In this document: positions 7,503 to 16,787 of the stretch, piece by piece
Layout of the letters: each line of letters begins with the position of its first letter
Numbering within the stretch: position 1 is the stretch's first letter
Assembly (NCBI GenBank): GCA_030591725.1
Contig: JAUVAN010000002.1
Coordinates: 1 to 47,630, forward strand
From: Deltaproteobacteria bacterium
GTDB lineage: Bacteria; Myxococcota_A; Polyangia; JAAYKL01
Direction of reading: 5' to 3'
DNA: 47,630 nt
Position numbers and translations under genes: made by a program
Notes under the pieces: model-generated
Told to the model about the DNA's origin: nothing
What the model saw: only the letters and a program-made list of their open reading frames with translations
Databases searched by the model: none

Positions 7503-8684
7503 ATGACTCTTTCCACTGTAGTTGCATCATACAGCGATAATGTGACGAAGAAAAGTGGACTTTGGAGTGCGACGGGACTCTACCATCGCCAAGACCTTCC
7601 GACCGGGCTGGACACCGGGTGCGGGCTGGGATACTCATTTATTGTGCCAAAAGTCGTGTCCAGCATTCCCGTGAGCAGTTCCGTCTTGTCCGACGAATAC
7701 ACCTTCAATAATCACGATCTGTTGATGAAGGTGCTCGGTCCGAGATCGGAGAACCTCTCGATAATAGGAAAGGAGCTGGGGGTCACCGTGGGGCAGCGAG
7801 GTGACACTGTCTTCGTCAAGGGAGACGCGGACGCGGTGATCACCACTTTGCGGCTCATCGACCAGCTGGCCCTCATCTGCAAGGACGGCCGACGCCTCAA
7901 GGAGGCAGACGTCCTTCGGGGAGCCCGGATCCTTGTGCAGGACAAGGAAGCCAGGCTCGACCGTATCTTCAACGACGTGGTCCACGTGACGACCGGCAAG
8001 CGGCTCATCACACCCAAGGGGCTCGCCCAGAAGCGCTATGTGGATATGATCCGAAATAACGATCTCACTTTCGCCATAGGTCCCGCAGGAACGGGCAAGA
8101 CCTATCTGGCGGTGGCTCTGGCCGTGTCGGAGCTGATGAGCCATCGCAAGAAACGGATCATCCTGGCGCGACCGGCTGTGGAAGCAGGCGAACGCCTGGG
8201 GTTTCTGCCCGGCGACATGGTCGACAAGATCAACCCGTACGTGAGGCCGCTCTACGATGCCCTGCACGATATGCTCGATCCGGATCGTACAGGAGCGTTC
8301 ATCGCCCAGGGACAAATAGAGATAGCGCCGCTCGCGTTCATGCGCGGCAGGACCCTGAACGACGCCTTCGTGATCCTCGACGAGGCTCAGAATACGACTA
8401 TAGAACAGATGAAGATGTTTCTCACGAGGTTGGGGTACTCGTCCAAGGCCGTGGTCACGGGCGACACCAGCCAGATCGACCTTCCGGGCTCCGATGCGTC
8501 GGGGTTGGTGGATGCCGAGCATGTATTGAAAGACATGGAAGGGATCGGTTTTTGCCGCTTTACGGAAGTTGATGTGGTAAGACATCCTCTCGTTCAAGAT
8601 ATTATCAAGGCCTATGCGGATCGCGGCAACGGGGTAACGACGCGATCAGACGGGAACGAAGACGATGACGCGCACCAGTCTTGA
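7503..8684 (+). CDS. phoH: PhoH-like ATPase
   Basis: Contains GPAGTGKTYLAVA (Walker A), ILARPAVEAGERLGFLPGD, FVILDEAQN and VVTGDTSQIDLP. The first ~55-75 residues of the track ORF are not family-like. GTG 7671 or ATG 7725 are alternative starts. Confidence 0.85.
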   Translation: MTLSTVVASYSDNVTKKSGLWSATGLYHRQDLPTGLDTGCGLGYSFIVPKVVSSIPVSSSVLSDEYTFNNHDLLMKVLGPRSENLSIIGKELGVTVGQRGDTVFVKGDADAVITTLRLIDQLALICKDGRRLKEADVLRGARILVQDKEARLDRIFNDVVHVTTGKRLITPKGLAQKRYVDMIRNNDLTFAIGPAGTGKTYLAVALAVSELMSHRKKRIILARPAVEAGERLGFLPGDMVDKINPYVRPLYDALHDMLDPDRTGAFIAQGQIEIAPLAFMRGRTLNDAFVILDEAQNTTIEQMKMFLTRLGYSSKAVVTGDTSQIDLPGSDASGLVDAEHVLKDMEGIGFCRFTEVDVVRHPLVQDIIKAYADRGNGVTTRSDGNEDDDAHQS

Positions 8685-10581
8685 AGAGTGGTTGAAAGAT
8701 TGCCTCGGACGGCGGCTTGACAATGCCGGCTGGACGGTGGCCAAGCTTCCGGAAGGAGCCCTGCAAATCTCGCAAGGCACGGACGGCGGCGAGGTACTGA
8801 TCGAGGAGGACGGATGCACCGCCTCGGACGCTGGAGACAGGCCGCGCATACTCATCGCGGCCAACTACGACGACGCTCCCGATGGAGACTATTTCGAGGT
8901 GTTCACCCGCGACGCCCGGTCGGGCAACCTCTTTCGCTCGATCACCAACGCCCTCCTGGTGCACAGCCTCAAGGTTGACGGCGTCGATCGGGAGCAGAGT
9001 CTGCGCAGACGCGACTACGAGCTCAAGGAGATCATCGAGATCGGCAAGAGCCTGAGCGCACAGAAAGATGTGGACTCGCTGCTGGGCATGATCCTCGAAA
9101 AGAGCCGCCACCTGATTGGAGCCGACGCGGGAAGCATCTACGTCGTCGAGGCGAACCCCGACGATGACGACAAGACGCAGCTTCGTTTCAAGCTCTCCCA
9201 GAACGACAGCATCCAATACGAGTCCAGGGAGTTCGTCATGCCCGTCTCGGCAGATTCCATCGCCGGAGCGGCAGTCGTGATGAAACGTTCCATCGATATT
9301 CCGGACGTCCACAACATCCCGAAGGAGGCGCCCTACAAGTTCGATTCCACCTGGGACGAGCGCATGGCGTATCGGACCTGCTCGGTGCTCGCGGTTCCGA
9401 TGATCAATCAGGTGGGCGAAGTCCTCGGCGTGGTCCAGCTCATCAACAAGAAACAAAACCCGTCGGCCAGGCTCCTCTCCCCTGGGGATTTCGATCGAGA
9501 GGTCGTGCCGATGGACGCGCGGGGCAAGGACCTGGTGGAGACCCTCGCCTCCCAGGCCGGGGTGGCCATGGAGAACGCGTTTTTGTACGCGGAGATAAAG
9601 AGGATCTTCGATGGATTCGTACGCGCCTCGGTACACACCATCGAGCAGCGGGACCCTACCACCTCGGGACACTCATTCAGGGTGGCCTCGCTCACGCGCG
9701 GGCTCGCGGAGGTGGTCCATAATCAATCCGAAGGCAAGTACGCGGACGTGAAGTTCAACGACGAGATTCTGAAGGAAATAGAGACCGCCGCCCTGTTGCA
9801 TGATTTCGGCAAGGTCGGCGTTCGCGAGGAGGTGCTCGTCAAGGCCAAGAAGTTATATCCGCCCAACCTCAAAATCGTCCGCGCCCGGTTCGATTTCATC
9901 AGACGTTCCATCGAGAACGACCACTTACAGCGGCGCCTCATGATGATCGAGGAGGGCACGCCGGACCAGGAGCTGGCCATTCTTGACCACGGATCCCAGC
10001 GCGCGCTCAGCGAGATCGACGAGTGCTGGCGCATCATCAGTTCGGCCAACGAGCCCACCATCCTGCCGGAAGGCGATTTCAAGAAGGTAGAAGAAGTGGC
10101 CGCTCGCAATTACTTCGATCTCAACGGCAAGCGACAACCGTACCTGGAGGCAGAGGAGCTCAAAGCGCTGCTCGTGGCGAAGGGCAGCCTCACCCCCGAG
10201 GAGCTCGAAGAGATCCGGTCCCATGCCGCTCACACCATCTCGTTTCTCAAGAAGATCCCGTGGGGCAAATCCATGAAGAACCTCCCCCTTTTCGCGGGCG
10301 CGCACCACGAGAAGCTAAATGGCACGGGTTATCCATACGGCCTGAAGGAGGATGAGATCCCCCTGCCGGCCAAAATCATGGCCGTGGCGGACATCTTCGA
10401 CGCGCTGACTGCGGCGGATCGCCCGTACAAGAAGGCCGTCTCACTGGAGCGCGCGTTGCAGATCCTGGATTTCGAGGTCAAGGACCATCACATCGACGGA
10501 GACCTCGTCCAGCTGTTCAGGGACAATGAGGTCTACCGGGTGCTCAACGAGCCCGGGGCCGCAGAAGGCAAGATAAAGTGA
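8665..10581 (+). CDS. GAF domain / HD-GYP domain protein (predicted c-di-GMP phosphodiesterase)
   Basis: Contains the HD motif ALLHDFGKVGV and HHEKLNGTGYPYGL (HHExxDGxGYP-type). A GAF-like region precedes them (GADAGSIYVVE...VLGVVQLINK). ATG 8665 overlaps the phoH 3' end by 20 nt. Confidence 0.8.
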   Translation: MTRTSLEEWLKDCLGRRLDNAGWTVAKLPEGALQISQGTDGGEVLIEEDGCTASDAGDRPRILIAANYDDAPDGDYFEVFTRDARSGNLFRSITNALLVHSLKVDGVDREQSLRRRDYELKEIIEIGKSLSAQKDVDSLLGMILEKSRHLIGADAGSIYVVEANPDDDDKTQLRFKLSQNDSIQYESREFVMPVSADSIAGAAVVMKRSIDIPDVHNIPKEAPYKFDSTWDERMAYRTCSVLAVPMINQVGEVLGVVQLINKKQNPSARLLSPGDFDREVVPMDARGKDLVETLASQAGVAMENAFLYAEIKRIFDGFVRASVHTIEQRDPTTSGHSFRVASLTRGLAEVVHNQSEGKYADVKFNDEILKEIETAALLHDFGKVGVREEVLVKAKKLYPPNLKIVRARFDFIRRSIENDHLQRRLMMIEEGTPDQELAILDHGSQRALSEIDECWRIISSANEPTILPEGDFKKVEEVAARNYFDLNGKRQPYLEAEELKALLVAKGSLTPEELEEIRSHAAHTISFLKKIPWGKSMKNLPLFAGAHHEKLNGTGYPYGLKEDEIPLPAKIMAVADIFDALTAADRPYKKAVSLERALQILDFEVKDHHIDGDLVQLFRDNEVYRVLNEPGAAEGKIK

Positions 10582-11457
10582 TCAGTCGAAGAGGCCGGTG
10601 ATGAGCTTCATGAGGCCCGAGCCCACGCCTGCCGCAAGATAGACATCCTCGCGCATCTCGCTGTCTCCTCCCGAATACCCCCCCCCTGTAGCGATGACCG
10701 CGGTGGAGAGCCGAGCCTTTTCTTGTTCCAGGTCATCGATTTCCCGCTGTCGTTTCTTGACCAGGCCGCCGGTGGCCACCCATCTGGCGATCTTCTCCAG
10801 CTCGCCCGAGTCGAGCCAGTATCCGTGATCGCGGCAGTAGTCGATGATTACGCCGGAAAGACGCCCGTAGTTGAGACGATTCATCATCTTGTCGCAGACC
10901 GGGCACTTGAGGTAGACCACCTTCTGCCGGTCGAGCTCCGCCTTGACCGGTTTCTCACCCGCGAGCCCCGCGCTCGCCCCCACCTTCTTCTCCTGATCGG
11001 AGATCATCGTGTCCAGATCCATGGCATCCACGAAGAGACCGCAGCAGATCGGACACTCAAGAGGGTGGTGATCGCCGACGACCCGCCTGCGCATTTTCAC
11101 CACGCAGCGAGGACATAGCTCGCCGGTTTCCTGGGGTTTCTCGACCGCGCCGCCGATGGGTTTTGAACACTCGGAGCAAAACCTGGCGCCCTCCTTGCTC
11201 ATGGAGAGGCATGAAGGGCAATACGTGGTCAGTCGTGTGTCGGTCAGATCGATCATCGCCCCACAAAACGAACAATCCGGTCGTCCCCTCTCCAGGGCGC
11301 CGCCACAGTTGGGACAATGGAGAGATCTCGCCGCGCGAAACTCGGGCATCTCGTCCGGGACCACGAGGACCTGACCGCATTGGCAGCGACAACGCTGACC
11401 GGGCTCGTAAACGGAAAGATCGTACACGAGATTGCAGTTGGGGCATGACATATTCAT
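10582..11457 (-). CDS. Multi-zinc-ribbon protein with two zf-TFIIB-type (PF13453-like) modules
   Basis: There are at least 6 CxxC pairs. CPVCDKMMNRLNYGRLSGVIIDYCRDHGYWLDSGELEKI and CPRCVVKMRRRVV...ECPICCGLFVDAMDLDTM fit the CxxC...C..C.G.WlD.gEl pattern. I prefer ATG 11457 (MNMSCPNC) to the track start 11508. Confidence 0.6.
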   Translation of the reverse strand: MNMSCPNCNLVYDLSVYEPGQRCRCQCGQVLVVPDEMPEFRAARSLHCPNCGGALERGRPDCSFCGAMIDLTDTRLTTYCPSCLSMSKEGARFCSECSKPIGGAVEKPQETGELCPRCVVKMRRRVVGDHHPLECPICCGLFVDAMDLDTMISDQEKKVGASAGLAGEKPVKAELDRQKVVYLKCPVCDKMMNRLNYGRLSGVIIDYCRDHGYWLDSGELEKIARWVATGGLVKKRQREIDDLEQEKARLSTAVIATGGGYSGGDSEMREDVYLAAGVGSGLMKLITGLFD

Positions 11458-11529
11458 CGAGAAGACAATAACACGAAATCGGGAAAGACGCCGGTTGCGC
11501 CCCGGCACAAACGGGTTATTATCCCGTTC

Positions 11530-12297
11530 ATGTACAGAACAACGGTCATCATGATTGTGGCGTTTGCGGCCCTGTTCACATTGCCAAAGACCGGATTTGC
11601 TCAGGATATGGTTTCACCGGATGCCGGAGCGCCCGAGCCCGCAGATGCCGGAGCGCCCGAGCCCGTGGTGGCCGAGGAGTCTGTCCTCGAGGAGCCTGTC
11701 CTCGAGGAGCCGTTCGTTCCCGACGTGGAACTCGAAGACGATGAATACGACGATTACGATGACGACGCACTTCAGGAAGCCCTCGACAATCTCCCGGACG
11801 GCAAACCGTTCGCGAAGGGAGACATCGAACTCGGCCTTGGCCTCGGCGGCTACGGATCCGGCGGCACCTTCAACTTGGCCATCGGCGGCGCCTTCGCCTA
11901 CTACGTCGTAAATCGACTGGCCCCCGGGATCGACCTGGGTTACACCCATATCTTCTCCGACGAGTTGGAGTACCCGGAAAGCTTCACCACCTTGCCGTTC
12001 CTCAAGTTCGTTATCTTGCGCTCCACAAAGTTCGCGCCGTACCTTATTCTGACCGGCGGTCGGAACTTCCAGTGGGGAGGAACCGACGACCCGGACAAGG
12101 GCTATGCGGCCGTGAGTGCCTGGATCCTGGGCGGTGGCGCCGGCGCCCACATCGGTATAGGCCAGCACGTTGCGCTGAAGATCCAACTCCTGGCGCTCTA
12201 CTACTGGTACGATGAGAAAATAATCCGTGATGGAAAGGTCAAGGACGGCGAGCTGTTGTTCCCGGTAATCTCAATCGGTATCGCTTTCATATTCTGA
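11530..12297 (+). CDS. Secreted protein, probable small outer-membrane beta-barrel
   Basis: The signal peptide is MYRTTVIMIVAFAALFTLPKTGFAQD. An acidic linker follows. The Gly/aromatic-rich region has alternating hydrophobic residues and ends ...ISIGIAFIF, an aromatic C-terminal residue typical of OMPs. Confidence 0.5.
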   Translation: MYRTTVIMIVAFAALFTLPKTGFAQDMVSPDAGAPEPADAGAPEPVVAEESVLEEPVLEEPFVPDVELEDDEYDDYDDDALQEALDNLPDGKPFAKGDIELGLGLGGYGSGGTFNLAIGGAFAYYVVNRLAPGIDLGYTHIFSDELEYPESFTTLPFLKFVILRSTKFAPYLILTGGRNFQWGGTDDPDKGYAAVSAWILGGGAGAHIGIGQHVALKIQLLALYYWYDEKIIRDGKVKDGELLFPVISIGIAFIF

Positions 12298-12313
12298 GTC
12301 TGGAGGTCGCGAC

Positions 12314-12949
12314 ATGCCCCTGAAAATTGAAACCATCGTCAACGGACCGTTTCAGGAAAACTGCTACCTGGTGTGGGACGACCAGACGATGACCGGTATC
12401 TTCATCGATCCCGGCGACGAGGCCGGGAAGCTCATCAAGACCGCGAACTTCAACAACGTGAAAGTCGAAGCCATTTACAATACCCACGGCCACCTCGATC
12501 ACGCCGGCGCGGTCGCGGCGATTGTCAAGGAGCTCTCGATTCCGTTCGCCATGCACGCTGCTGACGCTCCCATGCTCACGAGCATGCCGGACCAGGCCAG
12601 GATGTTCGGGTTGCCTCCCATGGAAATTCCGAAGATCGATGTAAAGATATCAGAGGGAGACAAGGTGAAGGTGGGAGGGCACGAGGGCAGTGTGATCCAC
12701 ACCCCCGGTCACACCCCCGGCGGCGTCTGTTTCCTCTTCGACGAGGTGCTTTTCGTGGGCGACACGCTCTTCGCCGGTTCCGTCGGCAGATCCGATCTTC
12801 CGGGCGGTTCCCACAGGCAGCTGATCGATTCGATCCAGAAAAAATTGATGCCCCTCGACGACTCGGTGAAGGCATATTCGGGCCACGGTCCTGTCACTTC
12901 CATCGGGGTGGAACGCAAGCACAATCCGTTCCTCACCGGCCGCTTCTGA
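12314..12949 (+). CDS. MBL-fold metallo-hydrolase (glyoxalase II-like)
   Basis: Contains THGHLDHAG (HxHxDH), a downstream TPGHTPG, and a GGAGG RBS. Confidence 0.8.
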   Translation: MPLKIETIVNGPFQENCYLVWDDQTMTGIFIDPGDEAGKLIKTANFNNVKVEAIYNTHGHLDHAGAVAAIVKELSIPFAMHAADAPMLTSMPDQARMFGLPPMEIPKIDVKISEGDKVKVGGHEGSVIHTPGHTPGGVCFLFDEVLFVGDTLFAGSVGRSDLPGGSHRQLIDSIQKKLMPLDDSVKAYSGHGPVTSIGVERKHNPFLTGRF

Positions 12950-13112
12950 TGGCCTATTCCATAGGCACCCCTTTTCCCTTGTAAAGTTGCGTTAATTTTA
13001 CCATTTTCTTTATTTAGACACTATGGTACCTTGTCAATCGTCAATATATGTGTTCAGAGTATACAGTGACATTGGAACCGCCAATTGGTCGCGACGAGAG
13101 TAGCTCGATGCC

Positions 13113-14774
13113 ATGAGATGTGAAGTCTGCGGTGCCCCGATCAATGAGGGCGAAAAACGGTGCGAGAGGTGCGGAAGCGACGGCGCCTTTTTCACCCCAA
13201 GGCCTTCGAGGCCGAGCCCCTCCAACGGATGGGATCGAAACGTCGTAATTGACTCTGATGGCGACGGAGAGGGGAGAAAATCCCGGGGGCCGATGACCAG
13301 GGCAGTGACCGAGATGCCCAGCCCTATCGACAGAGATCAGAAGCTGCCGCTTCCCAAGAGCGATTCAGAACATCCCATGATGCCGTCCAGTATCGTACTC
13401 GAGGGCAAGTATCGCCTCGAAAACGAGCTGGGGCGGGGCTCCATGGGAACAGTCTTCCTCGCTGAGGACTCCTCCCTCAAGCGAAAGGTGGCGGTAAAGT
13501 TCCTCCTGCCGGAGCTTGCCGAGGACCCCGAGTACAGCACCCGTTTTCGACAGGAAGCTGTGGCCATGGCGGCCGTTCGCAACGACAACGTGGCCCAGAT
13601 TTTCTCGTTCGGCGAGGACAAGGGCACCCCCTACTTCGTCATGGAATACCTGGACGGGGATACGGTGGAACAGCTGATCGATTCCCACAACAGGCGGGGA
13701 TTCTACATTCCGATGGACGATGCAGTCGACATCATGATCCAGTCGGCAAACGGCGTGGACGCCCTCCATCAGGCCGGCTCCATTCACCGTGATATCAAGC
13801 CCGCTAACATCATGCTCACGGCCGCGCCCATGCGCGCAGTGATCATGGATTTCGGGCTGGTGCGTGACGTCCAGGTAGAAGACGACATGCGAACCCTTGC
13901 GGGGACCCCGGCCTACATAGCCCCCGAGCTGGTGGAGGGCAAACCCAACGCCAATCGCTCCAGGCTCACGGATATCTACTCTCTCGGAGCCACGTTCTAC
14001 GAGATCATCACCGGATCGATCCCGTTCGGCGGAGATTCCTGGGTGGAGATCCTTCAAAAGCATATCGCCGAGATCCCCGTGTTCCCGTCTACCAGGCGGC
14101 CGGGAATCCCCGAAGCCATCGACCATTTGATCATGAGGGCCATGTCCAAGGAGCCCCACGAGCGATATCAGGATTGCGAAGAACTTCTCGGAGATCTCCT
14201 GGATATCCAGGCCATGCCTCTGCCCCACGATCGACGCCCCTCTCTTGCTCCTCCGGACAGCGCTGCTCACCGGTCCACACCCCGAGGGAGATCAGCTTCA
14301 GGCAGGCATCGTACGCAAAGGTCCGGCTCCGGCCCCAACCGCGCCTTTCGATCCACCCCCAACAACACCCGGGGCAAGCTCCTGGTGGCGGATGCGGATC
14401 CCGACTTTCGGTCCCTGGTGCACGGGATGGCGAAAGCTGCGGTTCCCGGTTGTCGCGTACATTCGGCCACGGACGGGCCCATGACCCTGAAAATGATCGA
14501 ATCGGTCAAGCCGCACGTGCTGGTGCTCGACCTGGCCCTTCCGGAGATCAACGGCTTCGAGATGGTCGCCACCATTCGAGGAGATTCCGAGACAGAGAAC
14601 CTGCAGATCATCGTCGTCACCGACCGGGGGGGCCAGAGTGAAGCCAATATGCTCAAGTCGATGGGCGTGAAGATCTTTCTGACCAAGCCCCTGGACTCCG
14701 AATCCCTGGCGGAGGTCTTGAGGCCGCTTCTGGAGCGACCCGGATCCATGTCCTCTCCACCTGCGTCATTCTAG
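13113..14774 (+). CDS. Ser/Thr protein kinase with N-terminal zinc ribbon and C-terminal response-regulator receiver domain
   Basis: The N-terminus is MRCEVCGAPINEGEKRCERCG. Kinase motifs are VAVKFL, HRDIKPANIM, DFGL and GTPAYIAPE. The C-terminus is KLLVADADPDFR...HVLVLDLALPEINGFEM...IIVVTD...FLTKP, a CheY-like REC domain. Confidence 0.85.
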   Translation: MRCEVCGAPINEGEKRCERCGSDGAFFTPRPSRPSPSNGWDRNVVIDSDGDGEGRKSRGPMTRAVTEMPSPIDRDQKLPLPKSDSEHPMMPSSIVLEGKYRLENELGRGSMGTVFLAEDSSLKRKVAVKFLLPELAEDPEYSTRFRQEAVAMAAVRNDNVAQIFSFGEDKGTPYFVMEYLDGDTVEQLIDSHNRRGFYIPMDDAVDIMIQSANGVDALHQAGSIHRDIKPANIMLTAAPMRAVIMDFGLVRDVQVEDDMRTLAGTPAYIAPELVEGKPNANRSRLTDIYSLGATFYEIITGSIPFGGDSWVEILQKHIAEIPVFPSTRRPGIPEAIDHLIMRAMSKEPHERYQDCEELLGDLLDIQAMPLPHDRRPSLAPPDSAAHRSTPRGRSASGRHRTQRSGSGPNRAFRSTPNNTRGKLLVADADPDFRSLVHGMAKAAVPGCRVHSATDGPMTLKMIESVKPHVLVLDLALPEINGFEMVATIRGDSETENLQIIVVTDRGGQSEANMLKSMGVKIFLTKPLDSESLAEVLRPLLERPGSMSSPPASF

Positions 14775-15794
14775 CCTGTCCGACTGGTCATCTTCCCTTT
14801 CGGTGAGCTTTCGCACGATAGCGGCGCGGAGATCTCCCAATCCCTCTCCTGTTGCGGCTGAACACGGGTAGAGTTCGAGTCCCCGCTCTTTCAGGGCATC
14901 GCGCAGGGGAACCTCCGCCTCCCGAGTTTCTTGCAGATCGCATTTATTGAGGGCCACGAGAGAGGGTCTCTTTGCCATCGAAGGATCGAATGCGTGGAGT
15001 TCCTGGAGCAGCGCATCGAAATCGTCGAGCAGATCGTTCTGTCCGCCGAGATCGAGCGCCAGGATGTGCAGGAGGATCGCCGTGCGTTGCACATGCTTGA
15101 GAAACCTGAACCCCAGGCCGGCGCCCTGCGACGCCCCGCGTACTAGCCCCGGTATGTCGGCCATCACGAATGAGCTACCGTGGCCTAGATCCACCACTCC
15201 GAGATTGGGAACCAGGGTAGTGAACGGGTACTGCGCGATCCTGGGCCGGGCGGCGGAAAAACGCGCAATCAGGGACGACTTGCCCACGCTGGGCATTCCA
15301 ACCAGCCCCACGTCCGCCAGCAACATGAGCTCGAGCTTGATGGTTCGGGCCTCCCCGGGTTCTCCCGGTAATGCCTTGCGGGGCGCCTGGTTGGATGGCG
15401 TGGTGAAGTGCATATTGCCCAGCCCGCCCTTGCCACCGGCGGCCACCACGAGTTCCTGCCCGTCATCTACCAGATCGCCGATGAGATCTTCGGTGTCGGC
15501 GTCATGGACCGCAGTTCCGACAGGTACCCTCACAATGAGAGATTCGGATCCCCGGCCGTGGCAGTCCTTGCCGCCGCCATTCTGCCCCCGCCTGGATTCC
15601 AGTCGATTCTTGTATTTCAGGTCGATCAGTGTGCCCAGGCCTTGATCGGCGCGAAGGATGATATCACCACCCTTTCCCCCGTCTCCACCCGAGGGACCGC
15701 CCCTGGGACGAAACCTCTCCCTTCTGAACGCGATGGCTCCATCGCCCCCGTCTCCCGCCTTAACGGTCACGGTGATCTCGTCTATGAACTGCAT
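14766..15794 (-). CDS. obg: GTPase Obg/CgtA
   Basis: MQFIDEITVTVKAGDGGDGAIAFRRERFRPRGGPSGGDGGKGGDIIL is the Obg fold. GMPSVGKSS, DIPGL and NKCD are the G motifs. Confidence 0.95.
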   Translation of the reverse strand: MQFIDEITVTVKAGDGGDGAIAFRRERFRPRGGPSGGDGGKGGDIILRADQGLGTLIDLKYKNRLESRRGQNGGGKDCHGRGSESLIVRVPVGTAVHDADTEDLIGDLVDDGQELVVAAGGKGGLGNMHFTTPSNQAPRKALPGEPGEARTIKLELMLLADVGLVGMPSVGKSSLIARFSAARPRIAQYPFTTLVPNLGVVDLGHGSSFVMADIPGLVRGASQGAGLGFRFLKHVQRTAILLHILALDLGGQNDLLDDFDALLQELHAFDPSMAKRPSLVALNKCDLQETREAEVPLRDALKERGLELYPCSAATGEGLGDLRAAIVRKLTEREDDQSDRLE

Positions 15795-16715
15795 TTATCG
15801 ACCGGAGCCCGGGAGCTTCTTCCCCTTGTTCGAAGCGCTCGTCTCCTCGACATCCTCGAGATAGTCAGAGAAGCACTTGTCGGTTTCTTTCAGTGAGTTC
15901 CTGGAGAGGACCGCTCGAAGTTCATCGATCTTGATCCCGATCTCGGCGATCTCCTCCCGGATCTCCACGAACTGGGACTTGAGCAGGCTGACTTGTTCGT
16001 CCGAACTGTCCTCATCCCCGTCGCTCGGCTGCGGGGTCCCCGAGATTTTCTCGGCGGGCGGGGGAGGAGGCACCATCGAAATGCTCGACCAGTTATCCTC
16101 CCCATCCACCGTTCTCTCGACGGGGTCCGCGAGCCCGCTGCGCTCGGCGGCCACATCGTACACCTGCTGTGCGATGGCCAGGAGGGTCTTCTTCACATTC
16201 TCGCCCTTCAACGCGCTCGCGGCGAAATATGGCCGGCCCGCCTGATTCAGATCCGCCTCCATCTTCTCTATGCTCGCAAGGTTGTCCAGATCGCGCTTGT
16301 TATACTGAAACACCATGGGCAAGGGCGACAGCTCCACACCTTCTTGCGCCAGGTTTTCCTCCAGATTGAACAGACTCTCCACGTTATTGGGCATCTCTTT
16401 TTTCCGGGAGTCCGCCACGAAAACGATACCGTCAACGTCGCCCAGCGCCATCTTGAGGGTCTTGCTGTCGAGAGCCTTCCCGGGAACCGTGTAGATCCTG
16501 AAAACCGTTTCTATATTGCCGAGCTTGCCCAGATTCAACGGCACGTAGTCGAAGAATATGATGCGATCGCCCTCGGTCTGGAGGGATACGAGGTCCGTGT
16601 TGCCCCCTAACATATTGTGGAGTTCTTCAAGGTTGGTCGTCTTGCCGCAAAGGTGGGGACCGTAGTAAACAATCTTGAATCTCATTAACGATTTCTGGAA
16701 ATTGACCTGTGCCAT
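15795..16715 (-). CDS. MglA-family small GTPase paralog with ~110-aa C-terminal extension
   Basis: KIVYYGPHLCGKTTNLEEL, DRIIFFDYVPLNLG, RIYTVPGK, GIVFVADS and FQYNKRDL align by eye with M. xanthus MglA (KIVYYGPGLCGKTTNLQYI ... LYTVPGQ ... YNKRDL). I prefer ATG 16715 (MAQVNFQKS...). The TAA stop (15797..15795) directly abuts the obg ATG. Confidence 0.8.
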   Translation of the reverse strand: MAQVNFQKSLMRFKIVYYGPHLCGKTTNLEELHNMLGGNTDLVSLQTEGDRIIFFDYVPLNLGKLGNIETVFRIYTVPGKALDSKTLKMALGDVDGIVFVADSRKKEMPNNVESLFNLEENLAQEGVELSPLPMVFQYNKRDLDNLASIEKMEADLNQAGRPYFAASALKGENVKKTLLAIAQQVYDVAAERSGLADPVERTVDGEDNWSSISMVPPPPPAEKISGTPQPSDGDEDSSDEQVSLLKSQFVEIREEIAEIGIKIDELRAVLSRNSLKETDKCFSDYLEDVEETSASNKGKKLPGSGR

Positions 16716-16787
16716 CGATTTTCTTTCAATGTCCTTCTCGTAAAACCATGTGCCAAAATGTAGCACAAACAGACCACTGCGTCAGTG

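Noticed and set aside
16739-16755. A sigma-54 promoter upstream of the MglA-like gene. The minus strand reads TGGCAC-atggt-TTTAC.
   Set aside because: The -24 element is perfect, but the -12 element lacks the conserved GC (TTTA instead of TTGC). A similar half-match (AGGCAC-N5-TTCC, around 12964..12980) upstream of the kinase gene is also imperfect.
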